A DNA stretch of 64,000 nt from assembly GCA_041596515.1 (NCBI GenBank), contig JBFHIJ010000006.1, positions 11,845 through 75,844 of the forward strand. The letters run 5' to 3'. A program made the translations under genes and the position numbers. Within the stretch, counting starts at the first letter, position 1. Each line of letters opens with the position of its first letter. Below the pieces are notes generated by a model. It was not told the DNA's origin and did not search any database. It was given only the letters and a program-made list of their open reading frames with translations. This document shows positions 1 through 9,774 of this stretch, piece after piece. Source of the stretch: Chlorobiota bacterium (GTDB lineage: Bacteria; Bacteroidota; Ignavibacteria; Kapaibacteriales; UBA2268).

Positions 1-327
1 AGTAAATACGAGTATATTGTTGGAGATTTGAAACATTGTGTCTATCGCCATCCCAAAGCTATCAATTATCTTTTCTTCGTTAGGGTTTACTATATATGCA
101 GTGCCCTTTGCAAGAACTAAAAGTAAATTTGAATTTGGGAGCTCAATCACTTTAGTAAGCTCTGTCCAACTATTTGTAAAATTGGCAACCCAATCAGTAC
201 CATCTTCTTTAAAGAAACGTACGACAAAGCCTTCACTGTATATATTTTTTCCACAATTAGGAATAGATTTATACATTGAACCATAAGGTGGAAGTCCGTC
301 TAATATTTCGTATCTCTTATTTTGCAT
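1..327 (-). CDS. hypothetical protein, N-terminal part; gene runs off the left window edge
   Basis: Minus-strand ATG at 325-327 opens a stop-free frame down to position 1 (MQNKRYEILDGLPPYGSMYKSIP...). It is missing from the ORF track because no stop lies in the window. It overlaps the listed + ORF 38..286, which I consider spurious. Confidence 0.4.
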   Translation of the reverse strand, partial: MQNKRYEILDGLPPYGSMYKSIPNCGKNIYSEGFVVRFFKEDGTDWVANFTNSWTELTKVIELPNSNLLLVLAKGTAYIVNPNEEKIIDSFGMAIDTMFQISNNILVFT

Positions 328-405
328 TATTTTATCTAAATTTTTTAATGATTAGGCTTGCACTTCCATTTTTTTAGCAAAATTCTAGGCTCAAATTTTT
401 TCTAC

Positions 406-915
406 CTACTCTTTACTGCTTTCTTTAGATTTATACAATTTTGCAAAGATATCATATTTGATCACAAGCAATAAGCCAAGTAGAATATTCACACCGCTAA
501 CTGCCCAACGAAAATATTCTTTAGACATGTATTCTTGACCAATCATTTCTGATTTAAATGAGAATAAAGCGTGACTTAGAAAATTTGGAATATTGTCTAA
601 AACCAGAAATCCACCGATGATAAAAGTACATAATTTTATAATGTCAGTTGGTTTTAAGCCACCAAAATCTATTCTGTCCTCATCAAAACCTCTTTCCAGT
701 TTTAAGAGTTTTACAATTTTGTCTGATTTAAATAGAAAAGCAACTGTTAAACCAACTGTAACAGCAATTATAAATATTATCCAAAAGCTTGTAAACAAGT
801 CATTGTTCATACCTATAAATGATAAGCTTGAAGGTATTACTGAAAAAAGTGTTTTGATAATTGAGTAAAGACCGAATATTTTTACCAGCAGAATGAAAAA
901 GTCTCTTTTTGTCAT
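406..915 (-). CDS. multi-pass membrane protein of unknown function
   Basis: 169-aa ORF with several hydrophobic segments typical of TM helices. No recognisable catalytic motif. Confidence 0.5.
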   Translation of the reverse strand: MTKRDFFILLVKIFGLYSIIKTLFSVIPSSLSFIGMNNDLFTSFWIIFIIAVTVGLTVAFLFKSDKIVKLLKLERGFDEDRIDFGGLKPTDIIKLCTFIIGGFLVLDNIPNFLSHALFSFKSEMIGQEYMSKEYFRWAVSGVNILLGLLLVIKYDIFAKLYKSKESSKE

Positions 916-1194
916 TGAATGTCTATCTATTTTTTATGATACAAACTTTGTTTATTAACATATATCAAAATCAATATAACAAAAATAGTAAAAATTCAAG
1001 TATTATATATAATCTTTAAGTATTAATTATTTTACTGATTTCCTTCTTTTATATCGCCAAATGACAAATATTATAGATATCACCACACTTCGACTCACTT
1101 CATTCGCTCAGTGACCTTTTGATAAATTGCAACTAGAATAATTTAGTCTTTCGCAGTTGTCAAGTATTCCTTGTCAGCTGAATCAAGTCTAAAT

Positions 1195-2283
1195 TTACCT
1201 CACTACCACAAACTTCTCTAAATGTGAGCCAATTTTTACAAAATAGATGCCTGCAGGCAAAGATGAAATATCTATTCTGATTGAGTTTTCGTTTGTAGAT
1301 ATTTCGCTTTGTGATATAGTGAAATCTTCCCCATAGCTGTTGTATATTTTTACTGAAGACTCTATCTCAGCCATAAGGTTAACCCTACGGTCGAAATTAT
1401 ATGATATTTCAATATAATCAGATGCCGGGTTAGGGGAGAGAGTTGTTTCTGATTTTGTACTTTCTTCTACATTAGTAATTCCTGCCCAACCTGCTACTCT
1501 GGCGAGCATCCACCAGAAAGCTTTACCTTTTTGCTGGCAGTTGATACATTTTGAGTGGGCACAGCTGCAGTCTTCACATTCTCCCGGATGTGCTTCACAC
1601 CATTCGTCTGCCCAGTTGCCGCCGTCGTAATTGCAAGCGTCATCTGCATTTTTATCGAGGAAATAGTTCCCATCAGGATCATAACTTTCTATATCTGCAA
1701 AGTCAAATAAGATTTTATTATTATCTCTGCAGTACTGTCTGATTTGATTATTTCTCTGATTTACATTTCCATCTTCACCACTTCCTTCTAAGTGCCCTGT
1801 CATATATATAAAAGTAATATCAGGGTAGTCTGTTTCAAGTTTATCCATAAGACTTAAGTAAGTTTCAATATTAGCAACGGAACCATCTACCTGACCGCAC
1901 CACGACCACATCACTATATTGATATTTTTCGTATTATTATCTAGCATAGAGCGGGTTCTGGCTTCCCACGTTACTCTATCAGGATTTCCCAAATCACCTG
2001 CCAGAAGCGAGGCATCATTCAAGTATAAAGAGTTATCACCATCATTGAAAGTATAGAGAGAGCCAGGAAGCTCTTCCAGAATTGTCATACCGGAAACTAT
2101 CTGGCTACCATGAGAGGTGTGCCCATAAGCGATACGAAATTGAGATTTAACTTTTTCGATCCAGTTTTCCGGAACCTGATTTAAATTAGTACAGTTGTGG
2201 TCAATAATAATGGAATTTTCACTACTATACGTTTTTGCAAACGAGATGGATAGAACTAAAAGAAGTAGTACAAACTTTCTCAT
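1195..2283 (-). CDS. secreted protein with T9SS (Por) C-terminal sorting domain; catalytic domain unassigned, possibly hydrolase-like
   Basis: N-terminal signal peptide. C-terminal ~80 aa (NPASDYIEISY...GIYFVKIGSHLEKFVVVR) matches the Por_Secre_tail/T9SS CTD pattern. Confidence 0.6.
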   Translation of the reverse strand: MRKFVLLLLVLSISFAKTYSSENSIIIDHNCTNLNQVPENWIEKVKSQFRIAYGHTSHGSQIVSGMTILEELPGSLYTFNDGDNSLYLNDASLLAGDLGNPDRVTWEARTRSMLDNNTKNINIVMWSWCGQVDGSVANIETYLSLMDKLETDYPDITFIYMTGHLEGSGEDGNVNQRNNQIRQYCRDNNKILFDFADIESYDPDGNYFLDKNADDACNYDGGNWADEWCEAHPGECEDCSCAHSKCINCQQKGKAFWWMLARVAGWAGITNVEESTKSETTLSPNPASDYIEISYNFDRRVNLMAEIESSVKIYNSYGEDFTISQSEISTNENSIRIDISSLPAGIYFVKIGSHLEKFVVVR

Positions 2284-2413
2284 GTGAACTCCTATACAAA
2301 AAATGGAATATGTTGATTCCTTAATATAAAAATTTATACTTAAAATAGTAAGAAATTAATCATATTAGTTGAGCTCTACCTAAAGTATGCACTATAAACA
2401 GCTTCATAAACAA

Positions 2414-3139
2414 CTATTTTTTTTCCAAATCTATAAAAATTGAGTTATAATAAATAGTAGTAGTAGCTTCAAAACCGGAATCAGTGGCGACTATTACCCA
2501 TATTTCTCCCTCAGAGTTTGCTGTAACAGCTATGGGAGTGTCAGTTTTCATAAATTTAAGTTTATATAAATATTTGTCAGTACCATTTGCAAAGTTACCT
2601 ATAATCTGCATGTTGCTACCGCCCAATGCCTGGTTGCCTTTATCAATATTCATTCTGAAATGATTGTCTGAATTATCTAGTACTTTTTGAGGTTCTATAT
2701 TAGCAGCGCCGGCTTTAATATAAACAGATTCACCGGGAGCTCCGCCTACCCCCATCTGACCACTGGCTGCATTTGTTGCTATCTCGACTTCCATGTGTAC
2801 TAAGTACTCTTGATTTGGCTCTAATCCGGTAATTTTCTTTTTTGCAAACATGAATAGGTCGTCGCTGTGATTATTTCCGGTTTGCATCAACGCACCGTTT
2901 TTTGTATCTAACGGCTCAGGTAAGGCGGAATAGGCAAAATCTAATTCAAAGAATTCTTCAATATTTGCATGATTAGGATAGTCCGCAAAATCTCCAATCC
3001 AACCTTCTGTATCAGTATTAAATTCAAATTTATAATCAAATTCTGCTGGATTATCAATTATTGGATTATTATCTTCAGACCCACACGCAAACAGCAAAAA
3101 TAAAACAGATAAACTAAGTGCTAATTTGATGCTATTCAT
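2414..3139 (-). CDS. lipoprotein of unknown function
   Basis: Start placed at internal Met (MNSIKLALSLSVLFLLFACGSE), giving a lipobox-type signal peptide with Cys. Rest of the sequence not recognised. Confidence 0.5.
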   Translation of the reverse strand: MNSIKLALSLSVLFLLFACGSEDNNPIIDNPAEFDYKFEFNTDTEGWIGDFADYPNHANIEEFFELDFAYSALPEPLDTKNGALMQTGNNHSDDLFMFAKKKITGLEPNQEYLVHMEVEIATNAASGQMGVGGAPGESVYIKAGAANIEPQKVLDNSDNHFRMNIDKGNQALGGSNMQIIGNFANGTDKYLYKLKFMKTDTPIAVTANSEGEIWVIVATDSGFEATTTIYYNSIFIDLEKK

Positions 3140-3668
3140 GTCAAAAACCTCAATTAAATAACTAAAAATACTTGCCATAGAAATAGAGTTTATATCATAA
3201 TTACTATTTACTCAAAGAATACTGATCCTATATTTATATATTCTAAGAGTTATTTTTTAGTATTGAATGTTGATTTAAAATACACTCAATTTCTAAATAA
3301 GTTGCTAATGTGTGGCTTTTTAGTTCAGATACAGAAATAGTGAATTTCAATATCTTAGTTTAAAAATAGTAGCAAACAAGTGATCAAACGCTTCAACCAG
3401 TATAGCCAATAGCAAAAGCAAATAGAGTTGGGAAAAGTTAGCATAAGAAATATATCAATAACCCAAAAATGTCATTTGAGAAGATGGAGAAGCTCTAAAG
3501 TCATTGAATGGCAAGGGGTTGAAACCCCTTGTTCAATAAGCTATTACGTAATATTTTCTTACAGAGGAAGTAAGCATGCTCATTGGTTCTACGGTCATTT
3601 ACAGCACTATGATGACATCTAATGACAAATCCGGGATTAACATTTTTAGAGTTCAATTTAAACTAATA

Positions 3669-3699
3669 TAAAAAAACCGCGGTTTTAATCCCACGGTTG
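3669..3699 (-). terminator. intrinsic terminator for the lytic transglycosylase gene
   Basis: On the minus strand: stem aaccgtgg/ccgcggtt followed by a run of 7 T, immediately 3' of the gene ending at 3730. Confidence 0.5.
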
Positions 3700-3729
3700 C
3701 ATAATATTATTTTATTTGTAGATTCTTTA

Positions 3730-4623
3730 CTATTTTTTTGGTACAGCTATTTCCCAGTCAACTCTGTCAGGATGAAGAGGCAGCTCTCTACCGAGTATCC
3801 AAGGATTTAATAGCTTAACTTCTTTATAAGTTGTATTGTTTTCCTTTGCCCAATCTGCAAGATCGGCTACTTTAGTTGCTTTTACTATATTAAATTTATA
3901 AGGCTTGTAATAGTCTTCATCGTCAAGGTAGAAGCCATATTTTTCATGATTTGCCATCAGTTCTTTAATAATTGCAATCCTAAAAATGAAGCGTGATGTT
4001 TCATCATTTAGAAATAAGTCAAAGTAATCTTCTCCATCCTGATAGTTCATACTTCTGGAGATACCTGTTTGTCCCATATTGTAGCCGGCAAGTGTTACTA
4101 ACCAGTTCCCGTGTCGTTCATGGCCTTCCTTTAGGAATTCCATTGCAGCACGAGTGCTCATTTCCGGGTGTTTTCTCTCGTCTACATAATTGCCACACAG
4201 TAGCCCCATATTTCTGCCTGTTCCTTTCATAAACTGCCACAATCCAAGTGCACTTTTACTGGACAGTGCCTGATAAAGGGCCGACTCGGCAACAGAAAGA
4301 TATTTTAAATCATCGGGAAGTTTCTTTTCAGCAATTATTTTTTCGTACATAGGAAAATATCTGCCGGATCTTTTTAGATATAGCATGATTTGGCCGGGTT
4401 GCTGAAGCAGAAGATAAAACTCTCTTTCAGCCCTCTCTTTTACTTCCGGGATGTCCAGTGGCAAACGCTCACCACAAAGAAATAATTCGCTTGGAAGTTT
4501 ATATTCCGAAATATGTAGTCTGTAATTTTCTTTTTTTCTTTTATTCTGATTAGAAAGCAAGCTATGATTATCCTGAGTGCAAGCTAAAACAAACACAACA
4601 AGAATAAGAATAATTTTTTTCAT
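3730..4623 (-). CDS. lytic transglycosylase (SLT domain) lipoprotein
   Basis: SLT motifs LWQFMKGTG ... ERKHPEMSTRAAMEFL ... LAGYNMG. Start moved to internal Met MKKIILILVVFVLAC (lipoprotein signal), which is preceded by a GGGGGG SD-like run. Confidence 0.7.
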   Translation of the reverse strand: MKKIILILVVFVLACTQDNHSLLSNQNKRKKENYRLHISEYKLPSELFLCGERLPLDIPEVKERAEREFYLLLQQPGQIMLYLKRSGRYFPMYEKIIAEKKLPDDLKYLSVAESALYQALSSKSALGLWQFMKGTGRNMGLLCGNYVDERKHPEMSTRAAMEFLKEGHERHGNWLVTLAGYNMGQTGISRSMNYQDGEDYFDLFLNDETSRFIFRIAIIKELMANHEKYGFYLDDEDYYKPYKFNIVKATKVADLADWAKENNTTYKEVKLLNPWILGRELPLHPDRVDWEIAVPKK

Positions 4624-4652
4624 ACCTTTTCTACCCCCCATATAATTATTTA

Positions 4653-5288
4653 TCAATTTTGCTGCTGAATGTCTATAGATTTGTCGCAAAGCTTAATTTC
4701 TCTGTCTTCATTAGAAGCGATAAGCACTGCTCCTCCGTTTGAAATGTGATTTTCAAATATACTTTCTACCGTTTCTATTCCTTCCTTATCCAAGTTGCTT
4801 GTAGGCTCATCCATAAAGAAAAGCTGACCCGGACGTTGTAGAGCAAGTGCAAATTTCATTCGTTGCTTCATGCCTGAAGAGAATTTTTTTATTTCCCTTT
4901 TTCTGGCTTTATAGATACCAACTTTTTCTAGGTTTGTTTTCGCAAACTCCTCGTCATATTTAATACCTTGGATTTCAGCAAAAATCTTTAGATGCTCTAA
5001 CGGAGTAAATTCTTCGTACAAATTCAAGTATGGCGAGACAAAGCAGATGTGCTCATGCCAGTTACTGTTTTCTATCTTATCATTACCGGACATATAAATT
5101 ACTTCACCTTTAGATGGCGTGACTACTCCGGCTATTATCTTTAATAAGGTTGACTTGCCGGATCCGTTAATGCCGGTAACAACCAGAGACTCGCCGTTAG
5201 CTATAGTAAAAGTAATATCCTTGAATAAAAAATTTCTGCCATCAAAGGATTTAGCCAATTTATTTGCTGAAATTTTAAAATCTATCAT
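4653..5288 (-). CDS. ABC transporter ATP-binding protein, with no permease gene adjacent
   Basis: Walker A GINGSGKSTLLKIIAG, ABC signature SSGMKQR, Walker B LFFMDEPTSNLD. Confidence 0.75.
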   Translation of the reverse strand: MIDFKISANKLAKSFDGRNFLFKDITFTIANGESLVVTGINGSGKSTLLKIIAGVVTPSKGEVIYMSGNDKIENSNWHEHICFVSPYLNLYEEFTPLEHLKIFAEIQGIKYDEEFAKTNLEKVGIYKARKREIKKFSSGMKQRMKFALALQRPGQLFFMDEPTSNLDKEGIETVESIFENHISNGGAVLIASNEDREIKLCDKSIDIQQQN

Positions 5289-6937
5289 TCTGTACCCTTT
5301 ACTACAAATTTGCCAAGGTAGTCATTTTCTTCTGTAGAGATTTTATATAAGTATACTCCACTTTGCAAATCTTTTGCTCTGTCGCTGATATCTATCACAA
5401 CTCGGTTATTATCTAAAAATTCAAAATCATAAGAACCGGAAAATACCTCTTGCATATTAGCAGAAAACACCACAATATTAATTTGCTTATACAAATCTGA
5501 TATTTTTGGAATAGGTATAAATATGTTAGGATGTTGCCTTGGAATATACGGATTTGGGAAAGCATAATCAATAAAAACTGCTTTATTTCCCTTGCCAAGG
5601 TAAGGAATAAAGTAAGTTATGTCTTTGGGGTCTTCTTTTTTCCAGAAAACATTTTTATTTTGTTCATTAGTAGCACCGGGGAAATTATCAAACCCACACT
5701 GCAAGTTATAGGATGATTTTACATCGCTAATAACACCTGAATGTTCAAAATCAAGATTGGTTATCATGATATCTAATGTATCATTGCTGGCATCCTGCGA
5801 TTTGAGCATAAATCTTACGCATCGTTGTTCCATTTGGCTTAAGATGCCGGAAGAAAAAGAGCTTCCATTTGAAAATTCCTGTTGCTGATAGAAGTCTATT
5901 TCAGGTAAATCTTTAGCATCATCTAAATACTGACCTTCTATAGCTCTTGATCCCGTGAAATAGATATAAGGTTGGAAATCTTTCCAAGCAATTTCTATGT
6001 TTGCATCTATTTCTTTTAGAGCCATATCTATTGCCTCTACATAGCTTATCCGTCTATCATTTATATCGTCCACTAATTCCCATGCACGTTTGAGCAGTTC
6101 ATCTCCATAAGTATTATCCAGATATTGTGCAAAGATTGAATATGCATATCCGGCTTTGTAGTTATCTATACCAAATGGATATCGATAAAGAGATGCAAAA
6201 AGATAATTGACATATTGATAATAGTCTTTGATTTCAGGGAAAAATTTATGTTCCATATATGTACTTGTCATTTCTGCAAACAGAGCTCCCATTGGCATAT
6301 TGCCATACATATACTGGATAGCATGGTGAAATTCGTGAACTATAGTTACCTTTAGTGCTTCAATTCCATCTGTAGTGTAGGCTTTTACTAATTTGTCTCC
6401 TTGCGATATAGAATCTTTAGGACTGTAATCGTTATCTATTGCTATAAATGAATGGTATTTGGAATAACCCTTGTCTCCTTCGTCCAAAGCTATTGATCTG
6501 TCCGATTGTGTCAGTCCGTAAAGTCTGGCTGTCTTTCCAAGTTCATATAAATATATATCATAAAGGTCATTAGTTCCACCCGGTTCCGGCACTGGTGAGT
6601 AGTACCCCATTTCTACTACTTCTTTTTGGTATGCAAAATCCGCATAGTAAGCTACAGAATCTACATAATCAGGTACGCCGTTCTCATTTTTGTCTACATT
6701 TTCTACGGCGTGATCACCTGATATATCATAATGTATTAGGAACTTACCACTAGGACTAGTGTATGTTTCATCCATTATATGACGCATGGTATAGTCGAAG
6801 TTACATATTTTTACGATAGAGCTTGTCTCTTGCGGAGGCATACAGGTACCACATTTAATTGGCTCTGAAAACATGCCTTCATGAGCATGACTTGCAAATG
6901 GTAGGAGGACTAATAGCAATGTATATATATACTTCAT
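5285..6937 (-). CDS. secreted HExxH zinc metallopeptidase-like protein with T9SS C-terminal sorting domain
   Basis: HEFHH motif (TIVHEFHHAIQY). C-terminus FPNPY...GVYLYKISTEENDYLGKFVVK is T9SS-CTD-like. Start at internal Met MKYIYTLLLVLLPFASHA (signal peptide). Its stop overlaps the ABC gene start (ATGA). Confidence 0.6.
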   Translation of the reverse strand: MKYIYTLLLVLLPFASHAHEGMFSEPIKCGTCMPPQETSSIVKICNFDYTMRHIMDETYTSPSGKFLIHYDISGDHAVENVDKNENGVPDYVDSVAYYADFAYQKEVVEMGYYSPVPEPGGTNDLYDIYLYELGKTARLYGLTQSDRSIALDEGDKGYSKYHSFIAIDNDYSPKDSISQGDKLVKAYTTDGIEALKVTIVHEFHHAIQYMYGNMPMGALFAEMTSTYMEHKFFPEIKDYYQYVNYLFASLYRYPFGIDNYKAGYAYSIFAQYLDNTYGDELLKRAWELVDDINDRRISYVEAIDMALKEIDANIEIAWKDFQPYIYFTGSRAIEGQYLDDAKDLPEIDFYQQQEFSNGSSFSSGILSQMEQRCVRFMLKSQDASNDTLDIMITNLDFEHSGVISDVKSSYNLQCGFDNFPGATNEQNKNVFWKKEDPKDITYFIPYLGKGNKAVFIDYAFPNPYIPRQHPNIFIPIPKISDLYKQINIVVFSANMQEVFSGSYDFEFLDNNRVVIDISDRAKDLQSGVYLYKISTEENDYLGKFVVKGTE

Positions 6938-7015
6938 AGGGTTTCTCACATAAAAAAATTGCACTAAGCGAAAACATAGTGCAATTTGTTAAAAAAATCA
7001 ATGAGATAAAAGGAA

Positions 7016-7444
7016 TTATCTAAACATTTCTTTTATCATTCCCCAAGTTCTTTGAACTGAGTTGATATGCTGAGTAACAGGCACGGGGTCGCTATAAGAA
7101 ATAGAGCCATCTTCGCCTACGAATTTCAGTCTATAAAAATAATCTTTACCTTTCAAAATTTGGTCGTCAGCATCGCCTTTAGACATAAATGCTTTATCAT
7201 CTACGTAAGTATATTGGGAGTTATCTCCCTGAGCCTCTTCTGTAGATACATAGATAAAGCTGCTTTGGTCGCTCTTTCTCTCTATCTGATATTCTTTGAG
7301 GTTTACCTCAGTAGAAGAAGTCCATTCGACGATAATATCAGTATCGCTTGTTTTAGCAGATAATGACCGAATAGTAGTCCCTGCAGCATAAATTGCTACC
7401 GATGCCATCACTATAAAAAGTGCTATTATAAGTCTATTTTTCAT
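7016..7444 (-). CDS. small secreted protein, possibly a beta-sandwich/FN3-like fold
   Basis: Signal peptide MKNRLIIALFIVMASVAIYA. No catalytic motifs. Confidence 0.4.
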   Translation of the reverse strand: MKNRLIIALFIVMASVAIYAAGTTIRSLSAKTSDTDIIVEWTSSTEVNLKEYQIERKSDQSSFIYVSTEEAQGDNSQYTYVDDKAFMSKGDADDQILKGKDYFYRLKFVGEDGSISYSDPVPVTQHINSVQRTWGMIKEMFR

Positions 7445-7633
7445 ATCAATACTTTTTTTGTAATCAACATACGACTAATATACATTTTTTAGATTTAATA
7501 ATCAATTCAATTTCTTGTTAAATATGTGTTAAGTAGCAAAATTTTGCTGTTCCTTATATAAATATACAATTTTGTTGAAAACTTATTGTCTATTTATTTG
7601 TAGAGTTCATTATTTAGTAAAGGCTAATGACTG

Positions 7634-9595
7634 ATGAAGCAATATTATCCATATAGTTTAATACTCTTTATTGGACTAATAGGTTCAATTATATCATGCA
7701 ATGCTGACTATAATGTAGACAATCATGATGCCAAAAAGTTACACACACAGAAAGGGAAAGATATGAAATACGCAGGGACTGTCAACGCACCGGACTTTCA
7801 GGATGGACTGGAATGGCTAAATACCGAAAAACCATTATCTATTAAAGAGCTGAAAGGCAAAGTTATTCTGCTTGATTTTTGGACTTACTGTTGTATAAAT
7901 TGCATACATGTGATGCCAGATCTGAAAAAGCTGGAAGAAGAGTTTGCTGATGAGCTGGTAGTCATTGGTGTGCATTCTGCTAAATTTGAAAATGAAAAGC
8001 TAACCGAAAACATAAGAGAAGCAATAATAAGGTATGAAATTGCGCATCCGGTAGTAAATGATAAAGATTTTAAAGTATGGAGGGAGTATGGGGCACGCTC
8101 ATGGCCTTCATTTGCTCTCATAAATCCAAGAGGTAAACTGCTGGGGATGACTTCCGGCGAAGGGATTTACTTAAAAATAAGAGATGTGATAGCTGATGTA
8201 ATAGCTGAGTTTGATGAGATTGGGGAGATAGATCGCTCTCCCCTTAATCTTGCATTGGAAAAAAACTCGAGACCTAAGTCACTATTAAGTTATCCCGGGA
8301 AAATCAGTTATGACCAAACTCATAAAATCTTATGGATTAGTGATTCAAATCACAACCGTATTTTAGGTATAGATGAAGATGGAAATCCTGAATATGTGAT
8401 TGGAACAGGTATAAGCGGAATGAAAGATGGTGCTTTTGATCAGGCTCAGTTTTTCAGACCGCAGGGCGTTTTCTATTCATCTGCCCAAAATGCAGTTTAT
8501 GTAGCGGACACTGAAAATCACTCAATACGCAAAATAGATCTCCAAGATGGAACAGTTACTACACTTGCCGGAACCGGTGAGCAGGGAGCTTGGGGTGAGC
8601 AGGGGGGTGATGCACTGACCGAGGAACTCAATAGTCCTTGGGACTTAATGCAGGTAGGTGATAGCCTGATTGTAGCCATGGCCGGCCCGCATCAAATATG
8701 GGCAATTGATTTGGAACAATCATTAAGTGGAATATACGCCGGTAACGGGCGTGAAGACATAATAGACGGAACTCGCAGTAACTCTTCGTTTGCTCAGCCG
8801 AGTGGGATAGCTTTCGACGGAAATAATTTCTACATTGCTGATAGTGAAGTTAGCGGCATTAGAAAAATAGATAGCCAATCCGGCAAGGTATCTACACTAG
8901 TAGGGCAAGGGCTATTTGAGTTTGGAGATGTGGACGGAAGCTTCCCTAAATCCAGACTTCAGCATGCTATCGGATGCACTTACCACGATGGATTAATATA
9001 TATAGCAGATACTTACAACCACAAGATTAAAGTGCTGGATCCTAAGACAAAGAAATTAAAATCTCTTATAGGAACAGGGGAGAGAGGATATAAAGATGGT
9101 AGTTTTGAAGATGCAATGCTTAACGAACCAAATGATGTGGAAGTAGTTGGCAATATACTATATATCACTGATACCAATAACGACTTGGTGCGAGTAGCAA
9201 ATCTAAATACTAAAGAAGTGAGCACTTTAAAAATCAATGCCAATAATAAGATGCAACTCAAAGAAAAGCTTAGCGAGGAGAAATTTATCGCAAAAGCAAT
9301 CAGTAACTTTAGAATAAATATTGATTTGCCGGAAAAGCTGAAATTTACAGAGGACGCTCCGGCATTATTCCGTTACTCCTTTGACGGAAGCAATTGGGAA
9401 AGCGCCGCCGAGCTAAGCGATATCAATATCGACCTAAGCGGCAGACCAAAACACCTTTGGTTGGACTACAGCATCTACTACTGCGAAAAAGACAAAGAAG
9501 CCAAATGCTACGTCGCCTTCGACAAAAAGAAACTATTATTAGAATATATAGATAGTGGCAAATCCGGCTATGAGATAGAGTTGATGGGTGAGTAG
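7634..9595 (+). CDS. thioredoxin-like domain fused to an NHL-repeat beta-propeller protein
   Basis: N-terminal redoxin-like region with WTYCCINC (CxxC). This is followed by repeated NHL-like blades (…YVADTENHSIRKID…, …YIADSEVSGIRKID…, …YIADTYNHKIKVLD…, …YITDTNNDLVRVAN…). Confidence 0.7.
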   Translation: MKQYYPYSLILFIGLIGSIISCNADYNVDNHDAKKLHTQKGKDMKYAGTVNAPDFQDGLEWLNTEKPLSIKELKGKVILLDFWTYCCINCIHVMPDLKKLEEEFADELVVIGVHSAKFENEKLTENIREAIIRYEIAHPVVNDKDFKVWREYGARSWPSFALINPRGKLLGMTSGEGIYLKIRDVIADVIAEFDEIGEIDRSPLNLALEKNSRPKSLLSYPGKISYDQTHKILWISDSNHNRILGIDEDGNPEYVIGTGISGMKDGAFDQAQFFRPQGVFYSSAQNAVYVADTENHSIRKIDLQDGTVTTLAGTGEQGAWGEQGGDALTEELNSPWDLMQVGDSLIVAMAGPHQIWAIDLEQSLSGIYAGNGREDIIDGTRSNSSFAQPSGIAFDGNNFYIADSEVSGIRKIDSQSGKVSTLVGQGLFEFGDVDGSFPKSRLQHAIGCTYHDGLIYIADTYNHKIKVLDPKTKKLKSLIGTGERGYKDGSFEDAMLNEPNDVEVVGNILYITDTNNDLVRVANLNTKEVSTLKINANNKMQLKEKLSEEKFIAKAISNFRINIDLPEKLKFTEDAPALFRYSFDGSNWESAAELSDINIDLSGRPKHLWLDYSIYYCEKDKEAKCYVAFDKKKLLLEYIDSGKSGYEIELMGE

Positions 9596-9735
9596 GTTGC
9601 TACAATGTAAGGAAAGTGTTGTTTTTATGTAGCCTCATATTTTATCAACATGCCGTACGAAATTTAAACTATTAATTAAATTATTTATAGTTATATTTGC
9701 TTATGTAGTTAAGCGTTTAGTTTATAAACGAGTTA
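9557..9735 (+). repeat. direct repeat copy 1: last 12 codons of the NHL gene plus ~140 bp downstream
   Basis: The 39-bp core GGCAAATCCGGCTATGAGATAGAGTTGATGGGTGAGTAG recurs at 11078 with one mismatch. The following ~140 bp recur there with roughly 70% identity. Confidence 0.7.
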
Positions 9736-9774
9736 TGTGTTTAATTAAGACGAACCCAAAGGACAAGATAAAAG

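Noticed and set aside
38-286. ORF-track + strand ORF of 82 aa at the left edge
   Set aside because: It lies entirely antisense to a longer, more protein-like minus-strand frame (1..327) that starts at a proper ATG. It has no SD and a hydrophobic/low-complexity translation.
593-868. + strand 91-aa ORF inside the 406..915 membrane protein gene
   Set aside because: Antisense overlap artefact. The minus-strand frame has clear TM organisation.
1494-1742. Two small ORFs (62 and 63 aa) inside the T9SS-cargo gene 1195..2283
   Set aside because: Overlapping or antisense frames within a confidently coding gene.
3517-3531. tRNA T-arm-like GGGGTTGAAACCCC
   Set aside because: The stem is 8 bp, too long for a tRNA T arm, and the loop TTGAAAC lacks the conserved C56. 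No acceptor, D or anticodon arms can be built from the flanking sequence.
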